Source: an uncultured cyanobacterium | Lineage (GTDB): Bacteria; Cyanobacteriota; Cyanobacteriia; Cyanobacteriales; Microcystaceae | Direction of reading: 5' to 3' | DNA: 47,387 nt | Assembly: GCA_963807635.1 (NCBI GenBank) | Contig: CAWEDJ010000079.1 | Span: 1-47,387, forward strand | Shown here: piece after piece, positions 20,314 through 32,235 of the stretch | Position numbering within the stretch: the first letter of the stretch is position 1 | Layout: each line of letters begins with the position of its first letter | Notes under the pieces: generated by a model | Told to the model about the DNA's origin: nothing | Database searches by the model: none | What the model saw: the letters and a program-made list of their open reading frames with translations, nothing else | Translations under genes and position numbers: made by a program

Positions 20314-20871
20314 TCGAGTGGCTCATTTGTTCGTTAGCCTGTTTAAATGGAATGAATGCGATCGCGTTAGACATCCAGAAAAATAGCTGAATCTATTTTC
20401 TATCAATGCTTAGACTTTTTTTGTAATATTTTTCATAATAAAAATTAAGAGTTCTTTTTAAGAATTTAATCTCATTATTTTTATCATAAAAATTTGTTTC
20501 GGTCAAGAGTAAAAAGTAAGAAATTTTAGTAAAAAAAAGATCTTTTCAAGGGTAATTAGTATCTATGACCCTGGGTGATCGAATAATGTATGGGCAAAGG
20601 GCTTAAGACCTCTATTTATCAGGCTTTAGTCACAATTCACTTATAGGAATACCCTTAAGTAGTTCGTTATCGAGGGTAATTTTACCTAGTTTTAATAAAT
20701 CCTTAATTAATAATATTAAATCAATGAAATGTCGTTGTAATAGAACTCATTTTACTTTTTGTACTGATCAGCCTTTATCCGTGCGAATGTTGTGGCTCTT
20801 GATACTCTGTCAAAAAGTTCGTTGTGACTATTGTAGAAAAAGTAGAATGGTGTTTCTGCCTTATTTTCTGC

Positions 20872-23607
20872 TCACGCTTCCGTTTGAGCGCTATCGTTAA
20901 GGCTCCCATCTTCGGGCGGAGAAAGGCTTTTGCGATTACTTAACTGATTGTCGATGAATGTCTGATTTTTGACGCTTTCCGATTGTTTGAGGTACTCTAG
21001 GGCAATTTTTCTCACGAGGATTGATTTGACTTGAGCATTTAAAAGTTCAATTAAAGTGTATTGACACAAAAGCCGATCGCGTTCTTGGTTAGTGATGATC
21101 ATTACAGCGATCGCGCTTCCCCCAGTGGAGAACAGAGACGGCACGATAGGCAACCACCAGCCAAAAACAAACGCGAGATAAAAACCAGCGATTAAAACAC
21201 TACTGCTTAAAATCAAGCCCAATAGAATTAATTTAGGAGATTGAATCCACCAACTTAAGATGGTCGTGAATAGGACGCAACCCAAAATCCAGGCGTATTC
21301 AACGGGATCGGGCCAGGTGTGAATCAGCGTCCGTCCATCCATCGCCGAACTAATTAATTGACTAACAATATTGGCATGGATAATCACCCCAGGCATTTGC
21401 TCAGGAGTGGGAAAAAGTCCGCCACTATAGGGAGTATCAAATAAATCCTTTAGGCTCTCGGCAGTGACTCCGATCAGAACAACGCGATCGCGGAAAAAAT
21501 CAGGGGGAATTTGCTTGTTTAGGACTTTTTTGAGTTCAATTGTCCTAAAATTCTTTTCTGTTCCCCGAAAATTGAGCAAAATTTGGTAACCGCCTGAATC
21601 TGCCCGAATATAGCCACCGTCATTTGCAGTAAAACGATTAAAAATAGCTTTCCCTAAACGGACTTTATGGTCAGGAAGAGATTCGAGGACAATTCCTTGC
21701 GATCGCAGGTAAGAGAGAGCTAATTTAATCGCCAAACTTTCACGAAGATCATCGGGAGAAAGTTCAACCGTCAAAAGAGCGCGGCGCACCGCTCCATCTA
21801 AATCTGGAGATAAATCCGCAAATCCCACTTGTTCTTGATTCTCCAGAATCGGGGGGGGATCAATCTGAGGCTCGATCACTTTCTCAATGCCAAATAAATT
21901 AGAAGTCGTTTGAAAAAGTTTAGCCAGTTCCCTATTACCAGGTTCTAGGGGCAAATTACGGACGAGATCCAACCCTATTACTTTTGGATTTTGCGTCTTA
22001 ATTTGTTTAATTGTCTGGGCTAACAGTCGGTCATTGAGGGGCCAACCCCGCTCACTAATGTCAGATTCCGTGATCGTCACGATCGCGATCCGTTGATCCT
22101 GTGCTGGGGTAGATCGCCAATGAAAAAATTGATCTAGTAGCGTCCATTCCGCCCTTTGTAATAATCCTCCCCAACGAAGTAAAAAGAGTGGTACTGCAAC
22201 CAGTAGGGCTATTTTAGGAATCCAAGCCAAGGGAATCCGTTGTTTATGAGCTTGTTGAGTCGCTTTTTGCCTAGCTGATGCCAATAATTGACTGGCTTGC
22301 TCCGTTGCCGTTAATTCCTCTTGAACCTGTTGTTTGGCCAACTCCTGACTAGCGACTAAGTATTGATAATCCAAATCACTTAATTGTTTACCCAACGCCC
22401 ACCCCAGGGCCTCCTGTAAAGTTTGTCCTGATAATAAATAGGAGGGATCGCCCGATTCTGACCAGGCATTAATTTTGTCTGCATAGGGACGGAGAGCGGC
22501 TAATTTGCGTTCAACCCAAGCTTGATCAAAAATCTGGGCATAAAGACGGTTATAAACCTGGAGTTTTCCCTGATTTTCTACGACTAATCCCGATAGCTGT
22601 AATGACCGTTGTTCTGCACTGCCATCGCTGGGAATACTACCTTGCTTGAGAATATTTTGATAAAAACCTAATAATCGGCCTATTTTGGATTCATTTCTAA
22701 AAATTCTGTCCCTAATGGTTCTGAGATGTTCGGGTTCATCCCGTGCTTCCCAATTTTCGATAATGCGTGACCGAATCAGGTTTTCTAATGCTTTTAGATC
22801 ATCATTTCCTGAAAAAGATTCAGGGTGAGCCAGGACTAATTTACAGAGTTTTTGGGTTAAAAAAGGTTGTCCTCCGCTCCAATCTAGAATTTCTTCCATC
22901 ATGAGTTCAGGATTCTTGATAGTTCCTTTTAATCCTTCTGTTAATGGAGCAATTTCATGAGATTGAAAACCCTTTAACGCGATCGCCCTACCAATATTAA
23001 AAGGAGTAGTATTTTTATCTTGGATTAAGGCATTGGGGGTTGCCACTCCGAGCAGGGCAAAGGTCAACCGTTTGTACTCAGGAGAGCTTTCCCGTTGTTC
23101 ATAAATAAACCGAATTAGCCCGAAAAAATCATCTAAAGAAAATTTCTGGCTCAGGACGCGATCGATTTCATCGACAAAAATAACAATATTTTGGGGGATT
23201 TCAACCAATAAAACTTCTTTAATAAATAATTCTAATCGTTGGACAGGAGTGAATAAATCCAACCGATCTTTCCACCAGGGTCGCCATTTTATTTTTGATT
23301 GCAATTGACAGGCACTCACAATGGACTGCACAATTCCCGCATACCATTTTTCAGGATTAACTTCCTGGGTTCCCATGCCTGTGAGATCAATAAAAATACA
23401 AACCGTTCTCTCGGCAGTTAGGCGTTGACTGGCTCTCACCCGTAGGCTAGATTTTCCCATTTGTCGAGAATTCAAAACATAGCAAAATTCGCCCGCTTTT
23501 AAGGCTTGATAAAAAATTGAATCGGCTGTCCTAGTTACATAGCTCGGTGCGTTGCTGTGGAGACTTCCTCCAACTTGATATTCAAACTGTTGATGTAGTG
23601 CAGTCAT
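20872..23607 (-). CDS. AAA_35 (STAND-like) NTPase - TM - CHASE2 - 3TM sensor protein
   Basis: Walker A NSRQMGKSS, Walker B IFVDEID, PFNIG and GGQPFLTQ. CHASE2 motifs IAIVTITESDI..GWPL, DLDGAVRR and MPGVIIHANIVSQ. Confidence 0.9.
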   Translation of the reverse strand: MTALHQQFEYQVGGSLHSNAPSYVTRTADSIFYQALKAGEFCYVLNSRQMGKSSLRVRASQRLTAERTVCIFIDLTGMGTQEVNPEKWYAGIVQSIVSACQLQSKIKWRPWWKDRLDLFTPVQRLELFIKEVLLVEIPQNIVIFVDEIDRVLSQKFSLDDFFGLIRFIYEQRESSPEYKRLTFALLGVATPNALIQDKNTTPFNIGRAIALKGFQSHEIAPLTEGLKGTIKNPELMMEEILDWSGGQPFLTQKLCKLVLAHPESFSGNDDLKALENLIRSRIIENWEARDEPEHLRTIRDRIFRNESKIGRLLGFYQNILKQGSIPSDGSAEQRSLQLSGLVVENQGKLQVYNRLYAQIFDQAWVERKLAALRPYADKINAWSESGDPSYLLSGQTLQEALGWALGKQLSDLDYQYLVASQELAKQQVQEELTATEQASQLLASARQKATQQAHKQRIPLAWIPKIALLVAVPLFLLRWGGLLQRAEWTLLDQFFHWRSTPAQDQRIAIVTITESDISERGWPLNDRLLAQTIKQIKTQNPKVIGLDLVRNLPLEPGNRELAKLFQTTSNLFGIEKVIEPQIDPPPILENQEQVGFADLSPDLDGAVRRALLTVELSPDDLRESLAIKLALSYLRSQGIVLESLPDHKVRLGKAIFNRFTANDGGYIRADSGGYQILLNFRGTEKNFRTIELKKVLNKQIPPDFFRDRVVLIGVTAESLKDLFDTPYSGGLFPTPEQMPGVIIHANIVSQLISSAMDGRTLIHTWPDPVEYAWILGCVLFTTILSWWIQSPKLILLGLILSSSVLIAGFYLAFVFGWWLPIVPSLFSTGGSAIAVMIITNQERDRLLCQYTLIELLNAQVKSILVRKIALEYLKQSESVKNQTFIDNQLSNRKSLSPPEDGSLNDSAQTEA

Positions 23608-23802
23608 TAAGGCGGTTATTTTCAGGATAAGAACGCTTTTCTTAATCCTAATCTAAGTCTTATTGATTTGGAAAAAAATAGACAAATACCTGACTTTTTC
23701 CGACTTTTTATTTGCACGACTAGACATTAACAGACTCAGACCCGATGGGTCGTAGGGGATAATATAATATGTTCTCCCATTGATTTTGTCTAAAAATAAC
23801 CA

Positions 23803-24495
23803 ATGTATTTATTAATTCCCGCCGCAGGATTGGGGAAACGCATGGGGAGCGATCGCAATAAGCTGTTACTCACCCTTTTAGGAAAACCCCTATTAGCTTG
23901 GACATTGCTCGCGGCTGAAGCTTCCCAAAAAATTGAATGGATTGGCATTATGGGGCAACCCCAGGATTTTCCAGCATTTGAGGAAATTTTAAGCGATTTA
24001 AACCTAACGAAACCTGTTCACTTGATCGTCGGGGGAGATACCCGCCAAGCTTCGGTTTTTAATGGTTTAAAAGCTCTACTGACCGAAGCCAAATCGGTGT
24101 TGATTCATGATGGGGCGAGATGTTTGGCGACTCCCGAATTGTTCGATCGCTGTGCTGATGCAATGCAAACTTGTCGAGGAATGATTGCGGCGGTTCCTGT
24201 GAAAGATACGATTAAAATCGTTGATCGCGATCGCCTAATTCAGGATACTCCGGATCGCCGTTATTTATGGGCGGCCCGGACTCCCCAGGGTTTTGATGTG
24301 GCTTTGTTGAAAGAGTGCCATCAAAAAGGCGAGGCCCTGGGCTGGGAAGTGACCGATGATGCCGCTTTGTTTGAAAAATGCCAATTACCTGTGCAAATTG
24401 TGGAAGGAGAAGAAACTAACTTGAAAGTGACGACTCCTGTGGATTTGGCGATCGCCGAATTTATTTTACGACAGCGATTCACGGAAATAACTTAA
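23803..24495 (+). CDS. ispD: 2-C-methyl-D-erythritol 4-phosphate cytidylyltransferase
   Basis: LIPAAGLGKRMG, LIHDGARC, VTDDAA and NLKVTTPVDL. Confidence 0.97.
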   Translation: MYLLIPAAGLGKRMGSDRNKLLLTLLGKPLLAWTLLAAEASQKIEWIGIMGQPQDFPAFEEILSDLNLTKPVHLIVGGDTRQASVFNGLKALLTEAKSVLIHDGARCLATPELFDRCADAMQTCRGMIAAVPVKDTIKIVDRDRLIQDTPDRRYLWAARTPQGFDVALLKECHQKGEALGWEVTDDAALFEKCQLPVQIVEGEETNLKVTTPVDLAIAEFILRQRFTEIT

Positions 24496-27222
24496 ACGGG
24501 GGCCGCAATTAAACCTGCGATCGTCTCTAATAACAAATTCGGTTGGAAAGGCTTGGTGACATAGGCATTGGCTCCCAAAGCGATCGCCCGTTGTCGATGA
24601 ACGTCACTTTCACGGGAAGTCAGAACCACGACGGGAATTCTATTAAAACTCTCATCTGCTCGAATCAACTGTAATAGAGAAAAACCATCCATATTGGGCA
24701 TTTCTAAGTCACAAAGAATCAGTTTAAAGTTTTGGAGATGCTGAATCAGGAGATCCCAGGCTTCCTTACCGTCCCGACATTCCATCACTTGATAATCCGA
24801 ACGGGTCAAAATTCGGGTCAGGGTACGACGTACCATGATGGAGTCATCAATAATCAAAATCGAATTCTCTTCACCCATTCTAGAGAAAGATTCTATCGGG
24901 GGAATGGCTCGACGCGCGGTATTAACTTCGGTTTTTTGCCACAATTCTTCAAAATATTCAGGTAATAAAATCGGCACAACTTCTCCCGTTCCCAACACCG
25001 TACAACCTGCTAAATAACTGGGAATGGGGGTAATTAGGTCAAAAGCTTTAAAGACCAACTGTCTTTCATCCACAATTTGATCAACCGTCACCACCGCCAT
25101 TTTGTCATTAATCGGCAACATGAGTCCCACACTACTTTGGCGATTTTGGGGATTAGGCTGCAAAACATTCGGGATGTTATAGGGCAGTAATTGTTCAAGG
25201 GAACGCACAGGAAAGGATTGTTCCTGCCAGGTGACTGGCCATGAACGATGGGAAATTCAGCGAGGGAAATGATACGAGTCACACTTTCGGAGGGAAAAGC
25301 GAGCAATTGTTGCTGACAGCGCACCGGCAGAATCGAAACAATATTGAGGGTCAGGGGAATGCGAATAATAAATCGAGTCCCTTTCCCCGCTTCGGTTTCC
25401 ACCTTTAAACTGCCCCGTTGCATTTCTACCTGATTTTTGACGATATCTAAACCCAATCCCCGACCCGATAAGTCACTAACACTGTCGGCCGTCGAAAAAC
25501 TGGGGGTGAAAATATAATCTAAAACCTCTTCTCGGCTAGGGTTTGCATCGGTTGTAATCAGTCCTAACGCGATCGCCCGTTGTCGCACTTTACTCAGGGG
25601 AATGCCATTACCATCATCCGCCACTGTGATACGGACTTGATTACTGGTAATAACTGCCGATAATTTGATTTGCCCAATTTCAGGTTTACCGACACTGGCC
25701 CGTTCGCGGGGAAGTTCAATCCCATGATCAAAGGCGTTACGAATTAAATGAGTGAGAGGCGTGCGTAATTGTTCTAAAATCGCCAATTCTACCAAAACAT
25801 TTTCCCCTTCGATCACTAATTGAGCCGATTTGAGATGTCTCTGGCTTAATTTTTCGACGGGTTGAATAAAGGCATTGGCGAGCGTACTAAAGGGAACCAG
25901 ACGAGATTGGTTGAGGTCTCCGTCCAAACTATCCAAAGATTGACGGACTTGGAGCAGGGTTTCTTGCAATTCCCGTTCGATTAGGTCAACATCTTCGTGG
26001 ATTTCTTGCACCTGTACCATCAATTCCTGAAAACGCTGGAGAGTGGTGTGGGCAGTGGTATATTGGTCAAATTCTAGGGCATCAAATTCTTCTAATAAGC
26101 TATTTTGACCGTTTGGGGTGGCGATCGCCGTATGACTGGGTTTTTCTCGAAAACTTAATTCATCGTATAAAGATTCGACCTGCTCCCGCATAGGAATCAA
26201 TTGTTGATTACGTTTTTTGAGGTTACGACTGGCTTGCCTGAGTTGGCGATCAGAAATGAGCAGACGTTCATGGTTGATCAGCAATTCGCTGACCGTGTTA
26301 CTCATCTTATTGAGACGATCCAGGGGAATCCGCAGATTTTGTTTACTACCTGTTTCTACAACGGGTTTGGCGGGAATAACAGGTTTAACAGGGGTTTGGG
26401 GAACTTCTGGAGTTTCAACGACTACCTGGGGCAATAAGCCGCGTAGATTTTCAGAAATTTGGGTCGGTTGGGATTGGAAATGATTTTCCCGAAGTTGACG
26501 AATTTCCGTAATCACAACAGGAATCAGTTCTCGTAGGGGGACTTGTTGGGTGGCTTGAATTTGTTGGGAAAGGCTAATGATTTCTTCTAACCAATCACAA
26601 CTCAATGCTTGACCCAAAAGAGTAGATTCTTCTTGCAACAGTATAAAACTTTCTTGGAGGGCGTTGTCTGAATTTTCTGGGGGTAAGAGTTTTTCGACTC
26701 GGACTAGGCAGGATTCGAGTTCTACGCCCAGGGCGATCGCGATAAAACTATCGGGGGCATCATTATGGTCGGCAATTTCCCCCGCTTCTCCCAGGGTTTC
26801 GAGAAATTGCTCCAGGGCAATCGTGATGTCTAATTGCTCTGGTTGATCATCAATCTAGCCTGCGATCGCTGCATCAATGAGGGTCTGGACTTCTTCGGTG
26901 GCGAGACTCAAAAGCCCAAAAGCCGTAATATTATCTTCCACCCGCCCCTGTTCTGGGCCTCAAACAAATCCTCCATTTTATGACAGAGTTGATTGAGAGT
27001 CGGCATCACGGCCATCCCCGCGCCCCCCTTGAGAGAATGGGCGGCCCTGCCTAAGTCTTTATAAATCGGCTGACAATATTCCGTCGATTGGTCGGTTTGC
27101 AAGGCAAGTTCAAGTTTGGGCAAACCTTCTATCAGAAGATTCAAACATTCTGGGGCATCTTCCTCTAAAAAGGCCTGTCGGGCTTCCTGGGTAATGGCTT
27201 CTAACGTTGCGGCATCTAGCAT
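24492..27222 (-). CDS. cheA: CheA-like hybrid kinase (Hpt...HATPase-CheW-REC); broken by frameshifts at about 26955 and 25235 and a TAG at 26855-26857
   Basis: Hpt RAAHSLKGGAGM, HLIRNAFDHGIE, DDGNGI, SGRGLGLD, CheW GCTVLGTGEVVPIL and REC DLEMPNMDG. The gap 26639-26950 reads on as continuous coding sequence. Confidence 0.9.
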
Positions 27223-27248
27223 TTCAATTACTGATAATGAATTGACGG

Positions 27249-29896
27249 TTAATTGACCTTAAAGCGAGAGGCGGAATCTTGTAATTCAAGGGCGATCGCA
27301 CTGAGGGAGTTGAGGGAGTCTGTCACTGACTGGGAACTGGCGGAGGTTTCCTTAGCAACTTCGGCTACCTCTTGCATCGCTTCCGTTACATTCACCGACG
27401 TTAAGCGTTAAAGGCCGTACTGGTAGAAATAGAGGCTAACAAGGTGTCTATTTCCTGGCTAATAGTCGCGAGATTTTGCAGGGTTTCTTTGGTTTTTTGG
27501 ACGAGTTGGGTTCCTGTTACCACTTCCGAGGTACTTTCTTCCATCATTCGAGTCATTTCTGCTGTTTCTGACTGAATATCCAAAATAACTTGTTCAATTT
27601 CCTGAGCAGACACATTCACCATTTCCGCCAACCGTCTGACCTCATCGGCAACGATCCTGAATCCTTGGCCGTTTTCCCCTGCTCTTGCCGCTTCAATGGA
27701 GGCATTAAAGGCCAGTAGGTTGGTTTTTTCGGAAATACTGGAGATGATATTAACAATTTTGGAAATTTCCTGGGAAGATTCCGCCAATCGTTTCGATTTT
27801 TTAGAAATTTCTGCCACCCCTCCCCGAATTTTATAAATACTATTCACGGTCTGATCCATTGTTGCTTGACCTTCTTTCGCCGCTTCATTTCCTTGACGGG
27901 CGATCGCCGCCGCATCTTGAGCCGTATTAGAAACGGATTCAATGGATTGAGCGATCTGGGCCACCGATTGGGTTGCTAGATCAATGGATTTGGTCTGCAT
28001 CAGGGCCTTTTGGGAAAGGGTTAGAACCGATTCCGTATTCTCTTGGGCTTTTTGGTTCACCTGTTGGGAAGCTTCCAATACCTGGTTCACCAGACCGCGC
28101 AGACTGCTAATGGTGGTATTAAACGCATCCGTAATCGCTCCGACTGCCCCCGTTTCTACCCGTTCTTTAACGGTTAAATCTCCTTTAGAAGCTTCTTCAA
28201 TCCCCAAAAGCAGACGAATGACTCCCTCTTCCAATTCTTCTTTCTGTTTTCGCTGTAATTCTGACTCCTGTTGACGTTCTTGAATGGTTTTTGCCATTGA
28301 TTGACTAGACGCAAAGATGCAATCGGCCATATCATTAAAGGTCATTGCCAATTGTCCCACTTCATCCTTTGAGAGGACTGCGGCACGGGCTTCCATATTC
28401 CCTTGACCAAATTTTTGAGCCGATTCCTGAAGTTGTTGGATGGGTTTAGTGAGGGTTTTTCCTAACCAGCGAGCCACTAAGCCCGTAATAATCAGAGCCA
28501 AGGAACCAATGCCTATCTGTAATAAAAAGGTTTCTCGTAACAGTTCGTCTAGATTCTTTTCAGACGTTCCCCGAACCAAAAAAACAATGGGTTTTCCTTC
28601 TGAATTGGGAATGCTGGAGACAGCGATCGTCATCCATTGATTATCAATTTTGGCTCTAGTGGTTAATTTTCTTCCTACACCTTTTTGGGCCTGTGCCAGA
28701 AGTGCTTGATCGATGAAGGGAATGTCTGGTTTCAGTTTGAGACTATTGTTCTTCCCACTAGACTTATCCTCTAGACCCAGCATGGAAGCCGCCAAACCAA
28801 ACGTACTATCGGGTTTAGAGAAATACACTGCCCCGTAACCACCGCCGAAGGTGTTGACCGTTTCCTTGACGATGGGGTTTTTACCATTAACGACATCTCC
28901 AGAGATTAGGACTCCAATGACCTCTTTGCTGAAGGGATCTTCCACAGGGGTTGCGGTATAACGAATCAGAGCTTGTTCACCCGTTATCTGTGATAAAGAG
29001 GGAGGAGCTTCTTGAGATAATTCTTCCTTGCTCACAATGCTACTAACTTTAATTTGTCGGGGGTTATCCAGAACGGATTGGACTAAATTATCAGGGTCAA
29101 AAGCCTGTCCCGATCGATCCGCATTAGCATTGACAATAATTGTTTTGTCCTTTCCTACTAAGGTGGCGTATTCAATTTTGCGGGAATTAATTTCGTTTTG
29201 CAGAATTTGTCTAACTTGTTGTTTGAGTTCGGGGGATAATGTTCGTCCCTGGCTATGGGCTTGGGTGGCGGCAATAATCGTTGCGTTATCCGATTGACCC
29301 CGAAAACCGAATCCCATTTGATTAATTTTAATGTTGTAGTTGATTTCGGTGACGGCTAATTCCGCGATCGCCTGATTCCGCAGTTGGGAACGTCCTGCCT
29401 GCAGAGAAACCCCCATCCCCGCTCCCACAACCCCAATTACCGCCAAGGCACTACAGGTCAAGAAAGCAATAAATTGTTTGGATGCGATCGGGAGATCGGC
29501 GAGACTCTGGGAAAAATTCGGCGCAGTTGAATCTTTCGTCAGAGAATTGGTCAAAAGTACCTCTTCTGCGCCCGATAAGCCCGTTTGAGAGCTACTATCA
29601 ATGCGACCCTGGCGATAGGAACGTCTGACGGGCTGGGCTGTAACGGGGGTTTGTAATTTGCCTTCAATGCCTTCTAAGGCCTTTTCCGCACTGCCTTTAA
29701 AAACCCCGTCCGTATCCAATTCAATGATTTCTCGATAGACGGCGGCAGCTTTTGGTAAAAAACCCGCTTCTTCTAAGGCGCTAGCCAGGGTGATTTTCGC
29801 GACTAGATCTGTCGGATTTTTTTCAACTTGGGCTTGCAGATCCAGGATATCCTGGGGAAAAGAGTGTTCGGGAAAGGGAATCTGAGTAGCATTCAT
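27249..29896 (-). CDS. Methyl-accepting chemotaxis protein (TPR-like N-term, 2 TM, periplasmic sensor, HAMP, MA); frameshift at about 27410
   Basis: [33 protein letters not shown]. The shifted frame continues ...[14 protein letters not shown]...[11 protein letters not shown] to 27249. Confidence 0.93.
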
Positions 29897-29913
29897 AGGA
29901 GTTAAGAAGAAAT

Positions 29914-30372
29914 TTAATTGACAGTTGTTAGGGTTTTGGCAGTATCCATGAATTGCAAGGTTTGAAAAACCCTATCCACATCTAAAATGCCCAGGGTAAT
30001 TCCTCAAATGTGGTCTGGGAAAAGACAGGGGTGGGGATGGGGCTGAAAATCCTTGGAGTCGAGATCAATGATTCCCTTGAAGTTCGCAACAACCCCCGCA
30101 ACCTTGAGATTTTCCGAACTGAGAACGATCGCCGTTACCTTTTCCCGTCGCGAGAAGGGGGAACTAGGGGAAGTCATTTGCAAGATCGCACGCAGATCCA
30201 CAAACCAGAGCAATTTACCCCGTTGATTACTCACTCCCAGTAATTCGGGTTTGACCCCTGGAACAGGACAAATCTCTGAACTTTGCAAGGTTAAGACTTC
30301 GGCCGTCTTGTCTAAGGCGATCGCCAAGGGTTGGGATTGAGCTAATTCGACTTTAAAGTAATCAATGATCAT
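29914..30372 (-). CDS. cheW: CheW-like coupling protein (apparent premature TGA at 30004-30006; frame continues to 29914)
   Basis: [21 protein letters not shown]. After the TGA the same frame reads [16 protein letters not shown], a typical CheW end. Confidence 0.88.
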
Positions 30373-30432
30373 CGCGGGTCAGTTTAAACAACTATTTTTG
30401 CCTGAAGTTAAAGCTTCAATAAAGGGAGCATT

Positions 30433-30795
30433 CTATAAATAATCCTTCGCCGCTTTAACTAGGTCACTGGGACTGTAGGGTTTAGTTAAATAGGCATTTC
30501 CTCCCTGACGTAATGCCCAAAATTTGTCGTATTCTTGACTTTTTTCTGAACAAAAAATGATGGGAACCTTTTCTATTAATAATTCTGTCCGAATTTTTCG
30601 ACAAACATCAAAGCCACTCATTTCAGGCATCACAATATCTAAAAAAATCAGATTAGGTTGTTCATTTTTCGCAAGCCAAGATAGGGCTTCTTCCCCATTA
30701 TCCACCGTAAAAACTTCCGCTCCCAAGGTTTTAAGGAGTCCCGACATCAAGAGTTGTTCTGACTTAGAATCTTCGACGATCAAAATGGTTTTCAT
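30433..30795 (-). CDS. CheY-like single-domain response regulator
   Basis: ILIVEDS, FLDIVMPEMSGF and YLTKPY. Confidence 0.93.
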   Translation of the reverse strand: MKTILIVEDSKSEQLLMSGLLKTLGAEVFTVDNGEEALSWLAKNEQPNLIFLDIVMPEMSGFDVCRKIRTELLIEKVPIIFCSEKSQEYDKFWALRQGGNAYLTKPYSPSDLVKAAKDYL

Positions 30796-30799
30796 TAGT

Positions 30800-31945
30800 T
30801 TAATTGCTCCTAGTATTCTTAATGGGTAAATAGGCATTGACTGTTTTTACCAATTCTTGAGGAAGAAAAGGCTTAGAAATGTACCCAACAGACCCTACCA
30901 TTTTAGCCTTAACTCTGTCTAATATTCCGTCCCTTCCAGTCAACATGACAATGGGAATATCCCTAAGAGCAGAAGATTTACGACATAAGCTACAAAGTTG
31001 GTAACCATCAATGTCAGGCATATTAATATCCATTAAGATTAGATCAGGCTTGGGATTTAAAAGGGAAGTTAGAGCTTTTAAGGATTCTTTAATACTGATG
31101 ACTTGATAGCCGCTAGACTCTAGGGTAAATTTGACCACCCGTTGAATGGAAGGACTGTCATCAATACAGGCAACAATGGGTCGATTATCCTTCGTTGGTA
31201 AAATATAGGAACCCATTGCGATCGCCCCTTCTTGGATCAGGGGATTGAGAAGAATTGCCAATTTGAGGGTAGACATCTCCATTTGGCTAGCGAGTTCATA
31301 CAAACAGACCTGATCATCTAAAAAGTGGGGTAAATTTCTGAAAGAAGGATTTTTTTCACCCAATTCAAGCTGAATTAACTCCATCAGTCTGGTGCGATTT
31401 ATAATGAGAGGACGCTGAAAAAGAGAGGTAATTTGGCTCCTAAGTTGCCACCACAGGCGAACCTTATCCTCAACGGGAAGCATTATTTTTTTGAGGTTTA
31501 AATACAGTAATAAATGCTCCAGTCCTACGGTATTTTCAAAATAGCAAAAGGCTTTATTCTGGGATACGATTTCGATGAGGGCTTCTTGGGCAAATTTAGC
31601 CAGAACTGCCCGAACTTCCTGGAATGAGAATTCACCCGTTTGCCATAAATTACAAAGATATTGGTAATCATCAGTAATTTCGGGAGGCAAGGTGGATTTC
31701 CGATTGGGTAAATACCGACCGACTAAATAGTTTAATCGCTCGGCAGAGCCGATACCACTGCCTGCATAATGAATGCGACCATTTCCTAGGTAAACGCGCC
31801 AATGGATCGATGGATCGAGGGGATTTTGAATAACGAGTTTGCCCGACGCTTGTCTCTCAACCAAACTTTGCAGAACTCGGTAGGGGGTTCCTTCTGATTG
31901 TTTCTGATTGATGGCATTACGATTGGGAAGCGTCATAGCATTCAC
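30800..31945 (-). CDS. PatA-family response regulator (PATAN/DUF4388 + REC), first gene of the taxis operon
   Basis: N-term W.VYLGNGRIHYA PATAN; C-term CIDDS, MDINMPDIDGY and YISKPF. Confidence 0.92.
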   Translation of the reverse strand: MNAMTLPNRNAINQKQSEGTPYRVLQSLVERQASGKLVIQNPLDPSIHWRVYLGNGRIHYAGSGIGSAERLNYLVGRYLPNRKSTLPPEITDDYQYLCNLWQTGEFSFQEVRAVLAKFAQEALIEIVSQNKAFCYFENTVGLEHLLLYLNLKKIMLPVEDKVRLWWQLRSQITSLFQRPLIINRTRLMELIQLELGEKNPSFRNLPHFLDDQVCLYELASQMEMSTLKLAILLNPLIQEGAIAMGSYILPTKDNRPIVACIDDSPSIQRVVKFTLESSGYQVISIKESLKALTSLLNPKPDLILMDINMPDIDGYQLCSLCRKSSALRDIPIVMLTGRDGILDRVKAKMVGSVGYISKPFLPQELVKTVNAYLPIKNTRSN

Positions 31946-32131
31946 TGAAAATTCCTCTGAGATCTATTTTATTGCATAAACTATAGGTTGTTTTGTTAGG
32001 GTTTGTCCAACTCATCTCCAGGCGATGGGTCTTCAGAGAGATTAATCAGTAATGATCCCAAATGATTCTAATAACTTTACCGAAAAAATTGTATCAGAGG
32101 TTTTTCTCCATTTTTCTCTATACAAATAGAT

Positions 32132-32174
32132 AAGATACAATGACCTTCGATAATCGAGGGTATCCTAAATCACA
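32132..32174 (-). promoter_or_regulatory. NtcA/CRP-type class II promoter of the taxis operon
   Basis: Minus strand TGTGATTTAGGATAC-N22-TATCTT (GTG-N8-TAC, with a TAN3T -10). Confidence 0.6.
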
Positions 32175-32235
32175 TTAGATGGGGCGGGGACTACCATCGA
32201 TAGATTGCAATGATTGAAATGATTGCAATTAGGTT

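Noticed and set aside
26855..26857. In-frame TAG in cheA (and TGA in cheW at 30004) as stop-codon readthrough or recoding
   Set aside because: The TAG fits a GGCC-associated C>T miscall, and the cheW TGA fits nearby homopolymer deletions totalling 3 nt. There is no other sign of recoding.
24492..30372. Taxis operon as a decaying set of pseudogenes
   Set aside because: The lesions are single-base and mostly at GGCC/CCWGG or homopolymers, and the same pattern hits essential genes. Sequencing error is more likely.
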